From Trueperaceae bacterium (GTDB taxonomy: Bacteria; Deinococcota; Deinococci; Deinococcales; Trueperaceae), in NCBI GenBank assembly GCA_965213925.1, contig OZ243927.1:2368001-2432000 (forward strand): a DNA stretch of 64,000 nt, in the 5' to 3' direction. Shown here piece by piece: positions 19,871 to 30,958 of this stretch (position 1 is its first letter; each line of letters begins with the position of its first letter). The notes beneath the pieces were generated by a model. That model was given only the letters and a program-made list of their open reading frames with translations, was not told where the DNA came from and did no database searches. The translations under genes and the position numbers were made by a program.

Positions 19871-20854
19871 TCAAGGCGTCCAGCTCAGTGGGCCATTGGG
19901 CACGTTTGTACTGCTGTCGGCCGGGAAGTTGAGCGCGTAGCCCTCGCCCGTCTGTAGGTCAGTGAAATAGACAGCCGGATCGTACTGGTCTTGATACGGC
20001 GTCCCGAGATAGGCGAGCGCCGCGCCGTCGGGCGAGAAGGTCGGGTAGCGCAGGCGTTTAGGTCCCGTTATAAGCTCGCGCACCCCTCCGGTAGAGAGGT
20101 CTAAAAGCCAAATCTGCTGGTTGTACTCGAAAGCGACGAATGTTCCCGAGGGGTCAACATCCATGTTACTTACTGGTCCGTTGAGCTGATTGCCGTCTAT
20201 CCGGACGGGGTTTTGTAGCTGTGCGTCGGTCATATATATACCCCTGTCACGTGTGGCAAAGAGTAGGCGTCCGTCGGGCGTCCAGGTAGGCGCATAGCTC
20301 CCTTCGAAGGTCGCCAGGAGCGTGCCGGAGAGGTCGTAAACGTAGGTATCGTAGACGTTGCCTTCACTAATACTGACGTAGTGACCTATTTCGGCAGCAA
20401 CTTTCTGCTGGTCAGGTGATAGGCGAGAGAACTCAAACTCGTTACTCGAAGCTTCAGGATACTCGATCTCGCTGCTACAAGGCGTGACGGGCCTGATAAG
20501 GCCGCCCTCGGCCAGCACGATGCGGTTCGCGAGCTGGCCGCACCCTTGCGCGAATACAATCTTGCCGCTCGGGTGCCGCCACGGATAAATGCCATCGAGA
20601 ACGCGCGTCTTCTGCCCCGAAGCGAGGTCTACATCGATAATCCCCAGTCGCGGAGTATAAGTAGAAAGCCAGTCGTACTCATCCATCGTCAACGTACCCG
20701 TAAAAGGTACGCCCGGTGCACCTTCATCTGACGGTGGGGTGGGCGTCGGGTTCGGTGTCGGGCCGACAGGCGTCGTGGTGGACGAGCAGGCGACAAAGGT
20801 GATAGCGAGGAATAGGGCAACGACAAGCTTCACGATCACACGCTTTAATCTCAT
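19871..20854 (-). CDS. TolB-like beta-propeller lipoprotein
   Basis: Lipobox FVAC, PT-rich linker, PD40-like repeats (LSPD, PTWTPDG, PTFSPDG). Confidence 0.8.
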   Translation of the reverse strand: MRLKRVIVKLVVALFLAITFVACSSTTTPVGPTPNPTPTPPSDEGAPGVPFTGTLTMDEYDWLSTYTPRLGIIDVDLASGQKTRVLDGIYPWRHPSGKIVFAQGCGQLANRIVLAEGGLIRPVTPCSSEIEYPEASSNEFEFSRLSPDQQKVAAEIGHYVSISEGNVYDTYVYDLSGTLLATFEGSYAPTWTPDGRLLFATRDRGIYMTDAQLQNPVRIDGNQLNGPVSNMDVDPSGTFVAFEYNQQIWLLDLSTGGVRELITGPKRLRYPTFSPDGAALAYLGTPYQDQYDPAVYFTDLQTGEGYALNFPADSSTNVPNGPLSWTP

Positions 20855-20931
20855 GGTGTAAAGAATATCATAATAGCGTCAGCGGAGGGTAGAGGGGTTG
20901 GGTCAGGATGTTTGCAAGATTGCTCGAGCCG

Positions 20932-21693
20932 TCACCCTAAAAACTGCGCCCCTAGCTTCCTCAAAGTTTGAGCAAAGAGGTTGACTGCTCCTAACTTTTT
21001 CACCTCAATGTCCTCTAAAGAGGTGACGCGGTAGAGGTCTTCTAAAGTTTTGACCATGTCGTCGGGTAAGTCGTGAGCAATATCTTTCAAATGATAGTCA
21101 CCTTTGCTCGGTACATAACGAAGTCGCAAAAGCTCGATAAGAGGTTCCAGAACGTAGACGTGATACCTGTGCAGCGCCTCTAAAAAGTGACCTCTCGCAA
21201 CCGCTTTCTCCACCCAAACCTGCCGCAACTCAAATTCACGCTGTAACTGTTCAGCTCTAAGTTCAACCTCTTGCTTAAATTTCACCTCATCAAAAGGTTG
21301 CGTGAGGAGTACATCAACTTTATCAAATAAGACCTCAAAAGGTTCATCTTTTGCAAACGGCTCATTGCGGCTGTGGCTCTGAATGCACAGATCGAGAATG
21401 AGGTACTTCGAGGCCTCCTCGAGCCTGAAAAACACCTGCTTGATCTTTGGGTGAGGATGGTCGTTGTGATGCTCGAGCGCAATTTCCCCCAAAGACCCTA
21501 AAGCTGCTCTCACAACTGAAACAACCTCTTCTTCGTGACCATCTTCTACGTCTAACCACAGGTCAATATCTGAATAAGCATCTACCCGGTCTAAGGCGTC
21601 GGCACCCTCGAGCCAAGCGGCATAAACCTTTGGATGTTCAAAACAGACCTCTTGAAGCCTTTGAATGATCGTGCTTCTTTCGGTTGATCCCAT
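20932..21693 (-). CDS. Pol-beta-family nucleotidyltransferase with helical C-terminal domain
   Basis: WLEGADA..RVDAYSDIDL motif; TAAGCT 6 nt before ATG. Confidence 0.75.
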   Translation of the reverse strand: MGSTERSTIIQRLQEVCFEHPKVYAAWLEGADALDRVDAYSDIDLWLDVEDGHEEEVVSVVRAALGSLGEIALEHHNDHPHPKIKQVFFRLEEASKYLILDLCIQSHSRNEPFAKDEPFEVLFDKVDVLLTQPFDEVKFKQEVELRAEQLQREFELRQVWVEKAVARGHFLEALHRYHVYVLEPLIELLRLRYVPSKGDYHLKDIAHDLPDDMVKTLEDLYRVTSLEDIEVKKLGAVNLFAQTLRKLGAQFLG

Positions 21694-21746
21694 AAATCAA
21701 GCTTAGCGCGTGAATCACCCCACCTATTCCGCGCTATGCTCCTTTA

Positions 21747-22985
21747 ATGATCAGACGAGCGGAATTTTTGAGCGTCGGTACGGAGCTTTTACTGGGCGAA
21801 ATTGTCGATACGAACAGCGCGTGGCTCGCCCAAGAGGTGGCGCGGCGCGGTGTGGACGTGCTCTGGTCGCAGCGCGTCGGGGATAACTTAGGGCGCATCG
21901 TGGAGGGGCTCAATCAGGCTTTATGGCGCAGCGACCTAGTCGTGATGTGCGGCGGCTTGGGTCCGACGGACGATGACATGAGCCGCGAGGCGATCTCGGA
22001 AACGGTAGGGGAGACGCCCGAGGTTGACGAGGCTTTAGAGCGCACCTTGCGCGAGTGGTTCCAGACATTCAGCCGCACGATGCCTGAACGTAATCTCAAG
22101 CAGGCGTGGCTCATTCCTTCGGCGGAAGCGCTACCTAATCCGTTAGGGACTGCGCCGGGGTGGTTCGTTCGCACAGGTGGAAAGGTGATCGTGGCGCTGC
22201 CGGGTCCACCCAGGGAGCTGCAGAGGATGTGGCGCGAAGAGGTGGTGGGGCGGCTCGAGCTGCCCCAAGCCGCCCTCTACAGCAAAACGTTCAAAACACA
22301 AGGCTTAGGTGAGTCAGCGGCGGCGGAGAAGTTGGGTGAGTTGACCCTACGGGCAAACCCGAGCGTCGCGACCTACGCCAAGCGCGACGGCGTTCACGTG
22401 CGCGTGGCGGCGAAAGCCGAGACGGACGAAGAAGCCGAGAGGCTCGCCGCGCCCGTTGTCCGTCAGGTGCGTGACGCCTTGGGCTCGCGCATCTGGGGTG
22501 AGGATAGCGACGAACTCGCGGCGCTTATCGTTGCGCATTTAGAGGAGAAGGGTCAAACGCTCGCGCTCCTAGAAGGTGTGACGAGCGGTCTTCTCAGTGA
22601 CTTCATCACCTCGGTTGCGGGCGCGTCCGCGGTCTACCCCGGCGGCGTGGTAGCCTACAGTGCGCAGACGAAGGCAGCGTTTGGCGTGCCCAAAGAGGTT
22701 TTGGACGCGCATGGGCACATCTCAGAAGAGACCGCTAAGGCGATGGCGAAGGCTGCCGCGGAGTGCTTTTCGGCAGATTACGGGCTCGCCACAACGGGTG
22801 TCCCCGGACCCTCCAAAGAGGATGGCAAGAGCGTCGGCGAAATGCACTTAGCGCTGCACGTCGCAGCGCAGGAAAAGAGCGAAGCGCGCAGCTTCAAACT
22901 TCCCGAGTTGGAGCGCAACTGGCTCCGCGAACGCACCGCCTACGCCGCACTCGCTTTTTTGTGGGTGCATCTGCGAGGCGAATAA
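21747..22985 (+). CDS. cinA: competence/damage-inducible protein CinA (MoCF + PncC domains)
   Basis: VGTELLLGEIVDTN, GGLGPTDDD, LPGPPRE, ATTGVPGP; upstream of recA. Confidence 0.93.
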   Translation: MIRRAEFLSVGTELLLGEIVDTNSAWLAQEVARRGVDVLWSQRVGDNLGRIVEGLNQALWRSDLVVMCGGLGPTDDDMSREAISETVGETPEVDEALERTLREWFQTFSRTMPERNLKQAWLIPSAEALPNPLGTAPGWFVRTGGKVIVALPGPPRELQRMWREEVVGRLELPQAALYSKTFKTQGLGESAAAEKLGELTLRANPSVATYAKRDGVHVRVAAKAETDEEAERLAAPVVRQVRDALGSRIWGEDSDELAALIVAHLEEKGQTLALLEGVTSGLLSDFITSVAGASAVYPGGVVAYSAQTKAAFGVPKEVLDAHGHISEETAKAMAKAAAECFSADYGLATTGVPGPSKEDGKSVGEMHLALHVAAQEKSEARSFKLPELERNWLRERTAYAALAFLWVHLRGE

Positions 22986-23042
22986 CTCGATTTTAGCTCA
23001 GCAGCTTTACGCTGCTTAATGACTTACGACCTGGAGGAGTTT

Positions 23043-24099
23043 ATGGACGAACAACGAAAACGCAGTTTAGACACCACCCTATCCCAGATCGAGAAACAGT
23101 TCGGCAAGGGCGCGGTCATGCGCTTGGGCGACGAGGGGAGCTTGACTTCCCAGGGCGTCATCTCGACGGGCTCAATGTCGGTAGACCTAGCCCTAGGCGT
23201 AGGGGGCGTGCCTAGAGGCAGGATCATCGAAGTGTACGGACCCGAGTCGGGCGGTAAAACGACGCTGTCACTACACATCGTTGCCGAAGCGCAAAAGCAA
23301 GGCGGCGTGGCTGCTTTCGTCGACGCCGAACACGCCTTGGACCCTTCTTACGCCAAAGCCCTAGGCGTCGATACCGACGAACTCTTAGTCTCGCAACCCG
23401 ATACCGGCGAACAAGCTTTAGAGATTACCGAACTCCTGGTGCGGAGCGGCGCGGTGGACGTGATCGTGGTGGACTCGGTGGCTGCTCTGGTTCCCAGAGC
23501 CGAGATCGAAGGGGAGATGGGCGACTCGCACGTGGGACTGCAAGCGAGACTGATGAGCCAAGCGTTGCGCAAACTCACGGGCGTCCTCTCGTAAAAGCCA
23601 CACCACAGCGATTTTCATCAACCAGATCAGGGAGAAGATAGGCGTCTTGTACGGCAACCCGGAGACCACCCCTGGGGGACGCGCCTTGAAGTTCTACTCC
23701 TCGGTCCGGATGGAAGTGCGGCGTAAAGGGGACGTCAAGAGTGGCGTGGATAAAGTCGGCAACCGCACGAGGGTCAAAGTCACCAAGAACAAGGTCGCGC
23801 CACCCTTTAAGGAGGCGGAGGTGGAGATCATGTTCGGGCGGGGCATCGACAAGCTAGGCGACCTGATCAACATCGCCTCGGACCTAGACGTGGTGCAGAA
23901 GTCGGGCTCGTTCTATAAGTACGAGGGCGCGACCATCGGGCAGGGCAAGGAGAAAGCGTCGACCTACCTAGAGGAGCATCCCGAGCTGATCGAGGAGATT
24001 AGGGGCAAAGTGACTGCTGCGATTCAGGGTGTGCCCTATGAGCCTAAGTTTAGCGGGGATGACCCTGATGATAGTAGCGGGGAGGCTGATGAGGAATGA
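23043..24099 (+). CDS. recA: recombinase RecA, split by one extra T at ~23592 (probable sequencing error)
   Basis: GPESGGKT Walker A, VDSVAAL, then [30 protein letters not shown] in the shifted frame; deleting T23592 restores [13 protein letters not shown]. Confidence 0.95.
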
Positions 24100-25766
24100 A
24101 CGCCCTCCTATTCATCTTCGCGCTGCTCTTGGGCGGGGCGATAGGGGGGACTGTCGGCTTTCTGGTGCGCCAGCGCCGCGACGAAGAGGTCACGGCGAAA
24201 GCGCAGGAGGACGCGGCTGAGCTTAGGCGCAGCGCACAGGAGGAAGCGGAGCGCATCGTCGCGGGGGCGCAAGCGGAGCGGCGTGACCTCATCGGGGCGG
24301 AGCGCGAGCGTTTAGAGGCTGAGGCGACTCGGGCGAGGAACATGTTAGAAGCCGACCTCGAGCGGCTTCGCCAGGTCGCCCAAGACGACCTCTCGAGGGG
24401 TCGCGCTGCTCTGGAAGAGGAGCGCGCCACCGTGCGCGAGTTGCGCGACGAGGTCAAACGCGACCGCGAGCGTGTGGACGCTTCCGAAGAGCGCTTGAAT
24501 CGGCGCGGCGAGCAGCAGGACGCCCGCGCCCTCCGTTTGGACGACCAAGAGGAGCGCTTAGACGAACGTGAAGCGGAGTTGAAAGCTAGGGCGAACGACC
24601 TAGACGCCCAACGCGCCGAGGTCGAGCGCCAACTTTACGAAGTTGCGCAACTCAGCCGCGAGCAGGCGTCTGAGATTATCCTAAACCGTTTAGACGGGGA
24701 GTTGGAGCGCGAAAAAGCCACGCGCATCCGCGCCGAACTCGACAAAGCCGACGCCGAAGCGAAGCGCAAGAGCACGAACATCATCGCGCAAGCGATCCAG
24801 CGGAGCGCCAGCGAAGTTTCTGCCGCGATTAGCGTCTCCGTCGTGCCCATCCCGAGCGACAACATGAAAGGGCGCATCATCGGGCGCGAAGGGCGCAACA
24901 TCCGCGCCTTCGAAGCCCTGACGGGCGTGGACCTCATCATCGACGACACACCCGAAGCCGTTCTCCTAAGCTCCTTTAACCCCATCCGCCGCGAGGTCGC
25001 CAAGCTCGCCCTGACCGAACTCGTCGCGGACGGGCGCATCCACCCCGCACGCATCGAGGAGATGGTCCAAAAGGCGCAGACCGAGATGCAGTCTTACATC
25101 CGCGAGCGCGGCGACGAAGCCGCCCTAGAAGCCAACATCGTCGGCATCAAACCGGGGATGCTGCAACTCTTGGGTCGGATGCACTTTCGCACCTCGTACG
25201 GGCAGAACGTCCTCATCCACTCCGTGCAGGTCGCGTACTTAACGGGCATCATCGCCGCTGAAATCGGCTTGGACGAAAACCTAGCGCGGCGAGCCGGGCT
25301 CTTACACGATATCGGCAAGTCCATCGACCGCGAAATCGAAGGAACCCACACCGAAATCGGCGCGAACTTAGGGCGGCGCTTCGGCGAGTCTCGAGAGGTC
25401 ATCGACGCGATTGCCCACCACCACGACTTAGAACTCTCCGAAACGCTCTACCCGGTCATCGTCTCCGCCGCCGACGCCATCAGCGCGGCGCGTCCGGGTG
25501 CACGCCGTGAGACGTTGGAGACCTACCTCAAGCGTTTAGAGGGCTTAGAGAGCATCGCCACGAGTTTTCCCGGCGTCGAAAAGTCCTACGCCATCCAAGC
25601 CGGGCGCGAAATCCGCATCATCGTCGAGCCCGAAAAGGTGGACGACGCCTCCGCCGTTCTGCTCGCCAGAGACGTGGCGAACCGCATCGAGCAGGACATG
25701 GAGTATCCGGGGCAGGTGCAAGTCACGGTGGTGAGGGAGTCCAGGGCGGTGCAGTACGCGAGGTAG
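24096..25766 (+). CDS. rny: ribonuclease Y
   Basis: N-terminal TM, coiled coil, KH domain ([13 protein letters not shown]), HD domain (LLHDIGK). Confidence 0.96.
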   Translation: MNALLFIFALLLGGAIGGTVGFLVRQRRDEEVTAKAQEDAAELRRSAQEEAERIVAGAQAERRDLIGAERERLEAEATRARNMLEADLERLRQVAQDDLSRGRAALEEERATVRELRDEVKRDRERVDASEERLNRRGEQQDARALRLDDQEERLDEREAELKARANDLDAQRAEVERQLYEVAQLSREQASEIILNRLDGELEREKATRIRAELDKADAEAKRKSTNIIAQAIQRSASEVSAAISVSVVPIPSDNMKGRIIGREGRNIRAFEALTGVDLIIDDTPEAVLLSSFNPIRREVAKLALTELVADGRIHPARIEEMVQKAQTEMQSYIRERGDEAALEANIVGIKPGMLQLLGRMHFRTSYGQNVLIHSVQVAYLTGIIAAEIGLDENLARRAGLLHDIGKSIDREIEGTHTEIGANLGRRFGESREVIDAIAHHHDLELSETLYPVIVSAADAISAARPGARRETLETYLKRLEGLESIATSFPGVEKSYAIQAGREIRIIVEPEKVDDASAVLLARDVANRIEQDMEYPGQVQVTVVRESRAVQYAR

Positions 25767-25928
25767 GAAAGAAAGTTGAAAGGACTGTTACGTAGTTTCT
25801 GCGTAGCAGAAGGACTGAGAGAAAAGAGGTTTTTACTCAGTCCTTTTCTCTTTTCTCTCACCTTGTACAACCTCGAGCCTCACCCCCTCCACAAGGTAAA
25901 CTAGGGCTATCTTTTCCCTGGAGGCTCC

Positions 25929-28025
25929 GTGCTGACGCTACCCGAAAAACTGCTGTTTGTTGTCTTAGCTGCCGTATCTTTTTATTTCACCTATGTCGGT
26001 TTCAAGCGCGTTGTGGGCGCAGTTCGGCGCGGTGATAAAGGGTATTATCCGCGATTTAATCACCTGAGCGAGCGCATCGGCAAGTCCTTAGCGCGTACGA
26101 TGACGCAGGAATCGGTATTCAAAGACAGACCTGTCGCGAGCGCGTTTCACTCCTTTATCTTTTACGGCTTCGTCTTTTACGCGCTGGTGAACGTGTTTGA
26201 CGGGCTCGAGGGTTTCGTCCCTGCCGCCTACCACCCCGACTGGGGTTTCGTCGGCAACGTGTACCGCTTCGGCGCGGACATCTTTAGCGTGCTTGTTATC
26301 ATTGGCGTCGTCTATTTTCTAGTGAGACGTTTTGTCACTGGTGATAAGAGGTTAGCGTTTAACGACAACACGCCGCTCCACGAAAAGGTCAAGGCGGGCA
26401 GCATCAAACGCGACAGCCTCATCGTCGGTACCTTTATCATCTTGCACGTCGGCTTTCGGCTCTTCGGCGCGGGCTACCTCTTGGCAGCGGAGGGTCACTT
26501 GGACCCGTGGCAGCCCTTCGCTAGTACGGTTGCAAATGTCGCAGGCTTCGGGGATGACCGCATCACCGGCTGGCACGTCGGCTGGTGGGGGGCACTCGGG
26601 CTCATCCTCGCCTTTTTGCCGTATTTCCCGAGGAGTAAGCACATTCACCTCTTCGCGGCTCCAGTGGATTACGCCTTAGAGCGTCGTCACGAAGACGGGC
26701 GCGAAGTCTCGACAGGAGCACTTGAACCTATCGACTTCGAGGACGAAACCTTAGAGCAGTTCGGGGTGGCGAAGCTCGAGCACCTCCGCCAAACCCAACT
26801 CTTAGACGCCTACGCTTGCATTCAGTGCAACCGCTGCACGAACGTGTGTCCCGCGCAGCAAACAGGCAAAGCGCTCTCGCCCGCCGCCGTCGAAATCAAC
26901 AAGCGCTACGAACTCAACCAGGTTGCCCCTCTTCTCGCCGCTGGCGAAGAGACGCCGCGCCCCGTCATGGACTTCGTGCTGGACGAGCCCTCGCTGTGGG
27001 CGTGTACGGCGTGCGGCGCGTGCATGGACATCTGCCCGGTCGGCTGCAACCAGATGATCGACATCATCGACATTCGCCGCGACCAGGTGATGATGCAAGG
27101 GGAGTTCCCCGCCGAACTCGCGAACGCCTTTCGCGGCATGGAGCGTACGGGCAACCCCTGGGGTATTTCGCAGGACAAGCGCGAGGACTGGACGGAAGAT
27201 TTACCAGGGGAGTTAGACGTTCCCACCGTCCGAGAGAACCCCGACTTCGAGGTGCTCTATTGGGTCGGCTGCGCGGGCTCCTACGACCCGCAAGCGCAGA
27301 AGACGGCGCGGTCGATGGCGGCGATTCTCGAGCACGCGAACATCAACTACGCCATTCTCGGGCGCGGCGAGAAGTGTACCGGCGACCCGGCGCGGCGCTC
27401 GGGCAACGAATACCTCTACTATCAACTCGCGTCTGAAAACGTGATGACCTTGAATGAGGTCTTAATCGACGAAACTTTAGACGAGACCAAGAAAAAGCGC
27501 GTCGTCACCACCTGCCCGCACTGCTTCAACGCGCTACTCAATGACTATCCGCAACTCGGCGGCGACTACGACGTGGTGCACCACACGCAACTTATCGAGG
27601 AGCTAATGCAAGAGGGGAGACTCCCACCGCTCGACCTCTCGGGCAACGTCACCTACCACGATCCGTGTTATTTAGGGCGGCACAATGGCGAATACGACGC
27701 GCCTAGAAATATCTTGAAATCGAGCGGCTTGAGCCTCACGGAGATGCCGCGTCACCGCAATAACTCGTTTTGCTGCGGGGCGGGCGGGGCGCAGTTTTGG
27801 AAAGAGGAAGAAGCGGGAACGGAGCGCGTTTCCGAAAACCGCTACCGCGAGGCGAAGGCGACAGGCGCGGAAAAGGTGGCGACGGGCTGCCCGTTCTGTA
27901 AGGTGATGCTCTCGAGTTCGGACAGCGCCGAAGCCGACAACGCGCCCGAGGTGGTGGACGTGGCGCAAATTGTAGCGGAGCGTTTGGCGAGTATTTCTGC
28001 TAGGTTGGGGAGTGCGGCAGATTGA
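25929..28025 (+). CDS. membrane Fe-S oxidoreductase (heterodisulfide reductase-like, FadF type)
   Basis: TM domain, two CxxCxxCxxxCP motifs, CCG domains (YHDPCYLGR, CCGAGG). Confidence 0.92.
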   Translation: MLTLPEKLLFVVLAAVSFYFTYVGFKRVVGAVRRGDKGYYPRFNHLSERIGKSLARTMTQESVFKDRPVASAFHSFIFYGFVFYALVNVFDGLEGFVPAAYHPDWGFVGNVYRFGADIFSVLVIIGVVYFLVRRFVTGDKRLAFNDNTPLHEKVKAGSIKRDSLIVGTFIILHVGFRLFGAGYLLAAEGHLDPWQPFASTVANVAGFGDDRITGWHVGWWGALGLILAFLPYFPRSKHIHLFAAPVDYALERRHEDGREVSTGALEPIDFEDETLEQFGVAKLEHLRQTQLLDAYACIQCNRCTNVCPAQQTGKALSPAAVEINKRYELNQVAPLLAAGEETPRPVMDFVLDEPSLWACTACGACMDICPVGCNQMIDIIDIRRDQVMMQGEFPAELANAFRGMERTGNPWGISQDKREDWTEDLPGELDVPTVRENPDFEVLYWVGCAGSYDPQAQKTARSMAAILEHANINYAILGRGEKCTGDPARRSGNEYLYYQLASENVMTLNEVLIDETLDETKKKRVVTTCPHCFNALLNDYPQLGGDYDVVHHTQLIEELMQEGRLPPLDLSGNVTYHDPCYLGRHNGEYDAPRNILKSSGLSLTEMPRHRNNSFCCGAGGAQFWKEEEAGTERVSENRYREAKATGAEKVATGCPFCKVMLSSSDSAEADNAPEVVDVAQIVAERLASISARLGSAAD

Positions 28026-28187
28026 GGAAAAGCATGTCAGCCAGTCAGGTTTTGCTCTTCCTAAAGGGCTGATACAGGTGAAGCACATAGTGCTCAGGCT
28101 TTCAGCCTCAACCTGTACTGACCAGCTAACTCCTCGAGGACATTTTGCCCTACCAGAAAAACCATCTATAGCTTCTATACTAAAGAT

Positions 28188-28781
28188 ATGAACCGACTTT
28201 GGCTCTTAGCCTCCCTCGCCCTGCTTTCGGTGTGCTTGGCGGCGTTCAGCTTCTACCAACTGAGCCGCGCCTCGTCCGCGGAGCTTTACGGCACCGTCGT
28301 GGATAGCAAACCGGTGGTGGGCGACATCGAACTCACCAGTGGCGACGGAGAGCGCGTCAAGCTCTCGGATTATCAGGGCGACGTACTCTTGGTCTTTTTC
28401 GGCTTTACCAACTGCCCCGACGTGTGCCCTATGACGATGGCGCGTTTAGCTAAAATATACAAAGATATGGGCGAGCCCGAGAATGTACAGGTCGCTATGA
28501 TTACCGTTGACCCAGCGCACGACACGCCCGAAGTGTTAGAGAGCTACGTGAGCGCGTTTCACCCTGACTTTGCAGCCCTAAGCGGGTCGCAAGCGGACAT
28601 TGCGAACGCCGCGAAGACGTTCTTCGTCGGGTATAGAGGGATCGAAGACAACCAGTTCGTTCATACCGATACGGTCGCTGTCTTGGACCGCGAGGGGCGG
28701 ATGCGGCTCGTGTACGGGCAGGATAAGGTCAAGCATATAGGAGAAGATTTGGAGTTGGTACTCGCTCAGCGAAACTGGTAG
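28188..28781 (+). CDS. SCO family copper chaperone
   Basis: FFGFTNCPDVCP, ITVDP.HD, conserved His; TATACT 6 nt before ATG. Confidence 0.93.
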   Translation: MNRLWLLASLALLSVCLAAFSFYQLSRASSAELYGTVVDSKPVVGDIELTSGDGERVKLSDYQGDVLLVFFGFTNCPDVCPMTMARLAKIYKDMGEPENVQVAMITVDPAHDTPEVLESYVSAFHPDFAALSGSQADIANAAKTFFVGYRGIEDNQFVHTDTVAVLDREGRMRLVYGQDKVKHIGEDLELVLAQRNW

Positions 28782-28844
28782 TTTGAGTTGTCCTGAAACC
28801 TGCATTCTGCAATACAAGATGTAGGCTTAAGCTTGGTTTTGAAA

Positions 28845-29492
28845 TCAGAATGATGCATTCACGGCAAAGTCCGCAAGCTCCCCCTGATTGAAGCTGTAGC
28901 GTCCGCGCGTGCCGCTGATCACGCCTTCGTCGCGCATCTCACCTAGCGTTGCGGTGGTCGTCTCACGGGCTGCGCCCACCATCGCGGCGAAGTTATCGTG
29001 GGTAAGCGGCAACGTCAAACGAACCTGACCCTCTTCGGAAGCGTGACCGAAACGCTGACCGAGTCGCAAGAAAGCTCGAGCTAACCGCGCATTCACAGGC
29101 AAATCCGTGTCTTCTAAGGCGTCGCGAAGACGGGTGAGATAGAGTCCCGAAGCAGCGTGTAGAGCGTCCTGAATTTCAAGCTGCTCTTTCGGTAATACGC
29201 TCACGCGTACACGCGGCGAGAGCGACTCGGCGTTCTCCTGATACGTGTGATGCAGCGGCGTAATCGCGCCGAGATAGTCGCCCGGTCCCACGATGCTGAC
29301 GATACGCTCGCGCCCACTCAAGAGGTCGAGGCTTAATTTGAGGAGTCCTTCTTCGACGTGGTAGACCGCGCTGGCGTCGTCGCCCAAGTGATAAAGTGTG
29401 TCGCCCTTGCTCAAATTCCGGCTCGGATAGTCGTGCGTCGCAGGTGGCGGCGGATTCCCCTGAGGATGCTGGACAAAACTTAACGCTGACAT
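28845..29492 (-). CDS. Crp/Fnr family transcriptional regulator
   Basis: cNMP-binding domain and HTH LTH...AAMVGAARETTT. Confidence 0.9.
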   Translation of the reverse strand: MSALSFVQHPQGNPPPPATHDYPSRNLSKGDTLYHLGDDASAVYHVEEGLLKLSLDLLSGRERIVSIVGPGDYLGAITPLHHTYQENAESLSPRVRVSVLPKEQLEIQDALHAASGLYLTRLRDALEDTDLPVNARLARAFLRLGQRFGHASEEGQVRLTLPLTHDNFAAMVGAARETTTATLGEMRDEGVISGTRGRYSFNQGELADFAVNASF

Positions 29493-29528
29493 AAATGATT
29501 ATACTCGCTGATTTACACGCAGCGAGTA

Positions 29529-30833
29529 TCACATGTCATGTTGAGGATAGGGTTGGGTCGGTGTTAGAGACGAGGTTGCTCGGTAGACCGCCTTACCGCG
29601 CACAAATGTTAAACGTGTCCAACCTCTTAGAGATTGAGCCTCCCACGGGCTAAATTTAGCTTTGCTCTTAAACGTTTGAGGGTCAACGGGTCGCTCTAAG
29701 TCTAGGTCAATCACCGTGAGGTCGGCGGGTTGACCTACTGCTAACGTCGGCGCGTTCCAGCCCATCACGTCCGCCGGTCCTCCTTGCAAGAGGTCAAGAA
29801 GTTTTTCTAACGACAACACACCCGTTTGCACCAGTTCGGTATAGAGCAGCGGAAAAGTGACTTCGATGTTGGCGATGCCGAAGGGAGCCTCCAACATATC
29901 CCTCTCTTTTTCCGCTCTTGTGTGCGGCGCGTGGTCCGTTCCGATCGAGTCCACCACGCCGCGCTTCACCGCGTCGCGCAAATACTCCACGTCCTCTTGC
30001 GTGCGAAGAGGTGGCGCGACCTTGTAGATGGGGTCAAACGACGCTAAAGTCTCATCCGTCAAGGTGAGGTGATGCGGCGTGACCTCACAGGTGACGGGTG
30101 CGCCCTGCTCTTTGAACCATTCGACGACCTGCATTCCTCTTTTTGAAGAGACGTGCGCAACGTGAACCCTTGCGCACGTCATCAGCGCGATTTCACAGTC
30201 GCGGTAGATCATCGCCGCCTCTGCTGCAACCGGATTGCCTGGTAGCCCCAGCCGCTGACTGACCACACCCTCGTTCATCACTCCGTTTTGCCGCAATGAC
30301 GGGTCTTCCGAATGGGTTTGAACAATCAAGCCGAGTTCGGTAGCATATTCACAGCCTCGGCGCATGAGGTGACTGTCTACTACAGGAATTCCGTCATCCG
30401 TAATTATCACTGCGCCCGCTTCTTTTAGGGCGGCAAAGTCGGTGAGCTGTTTTCCCTCTAAACCTCGGCTCAGGGTTGCCGCTGGGCGCAACCTCGCTTG
30501 CCCGATTCGCTCCGCCTTGGCGATAAGCTCCGCCACCACGCCAGGGTCGTCTACCGGAGGTGATGTGTTTGCCATACTTACGACGGTTCCGAAGCCGCCC
30601 GCCGCCGCCGCTCCTAGCCCCGAGCGCAAGTCCTCCTTGACCTCTTGCCCCGGCTCGCGCAAGTGGGCGTGAAGGTCGATGAATGCCGGCGTGACGAGAT
30701 TGTCCTCGGCGTCGTAAGCTTCGTTCACCTCTCCCTCTAAATTGAAGCCTTCGATGAGACCGTCTTTGAGGTAGAGGTTGGTGGAGGTGTCGGCGTGAAG
30801 CAGGCGGGCGTTTTTAATCAGTATTCTAGTCAT
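29529..30833 (-). CDS. pyrC: dihydroorotase
   Basis: DLHAHLREPG, EVTPHHL and GTDHAPH motifs; in pyr operon. Confidence 0.95.
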   Translation of the reverse strand: MTRILIKNARLLHADTSTNLYLKDGLIEGFNLEGEVNEAYDAEDNLVTPAFIDLHAHLREPGQEVKEDLRSGLGAAAAGGFGTVVSMANTSPPVDDPGVVAELIAKAERIGQARLRPAATLSRGLEGKQLTDFAALKEAGAVIITDDGIPVVDSHLMRRGCEYATELGLIVQTHSEDPSLRQNGVMNEGVVSQRLGLPGNPVAAEAAMIYRDCEIALMTCARVHVAHVSSKRGMQVVEWFKEQGAPVTCEVTPHHLTLTDETLASFDPIYKVAPPLRTQEDVEYLRDAVKRGVVDSIGTDHAPHTRAEKERDMLEAPFGIANIEVTFPLLYTELVQTGVLSLEKLLDLLQGGPADVMGWNAPTLAVGQPADLTVIDLDLERPVDPQTFKSKAKFSPWEAQSLRGWTRLTFVRGKAVYRATSSLTPTQPYPQHDM

Positions 30834-30958
30834 AACGTACCTTTCGCAAATACATCAGGGTCATTAGCATCTCAGCTAGTCAGCCGGTCAGGAAAAGCTA
30901 AAAACCTGAAGTGCTGACTAGCTGAAGTGCTTTTTCACCGGAGGACTTAGTAACTTTC

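Noticed and set aside
23581..23600. programmed frameshift or intein in recA
   Set aside because: No convincing slippery heptamer or inserted domain; a single-base error is simpler
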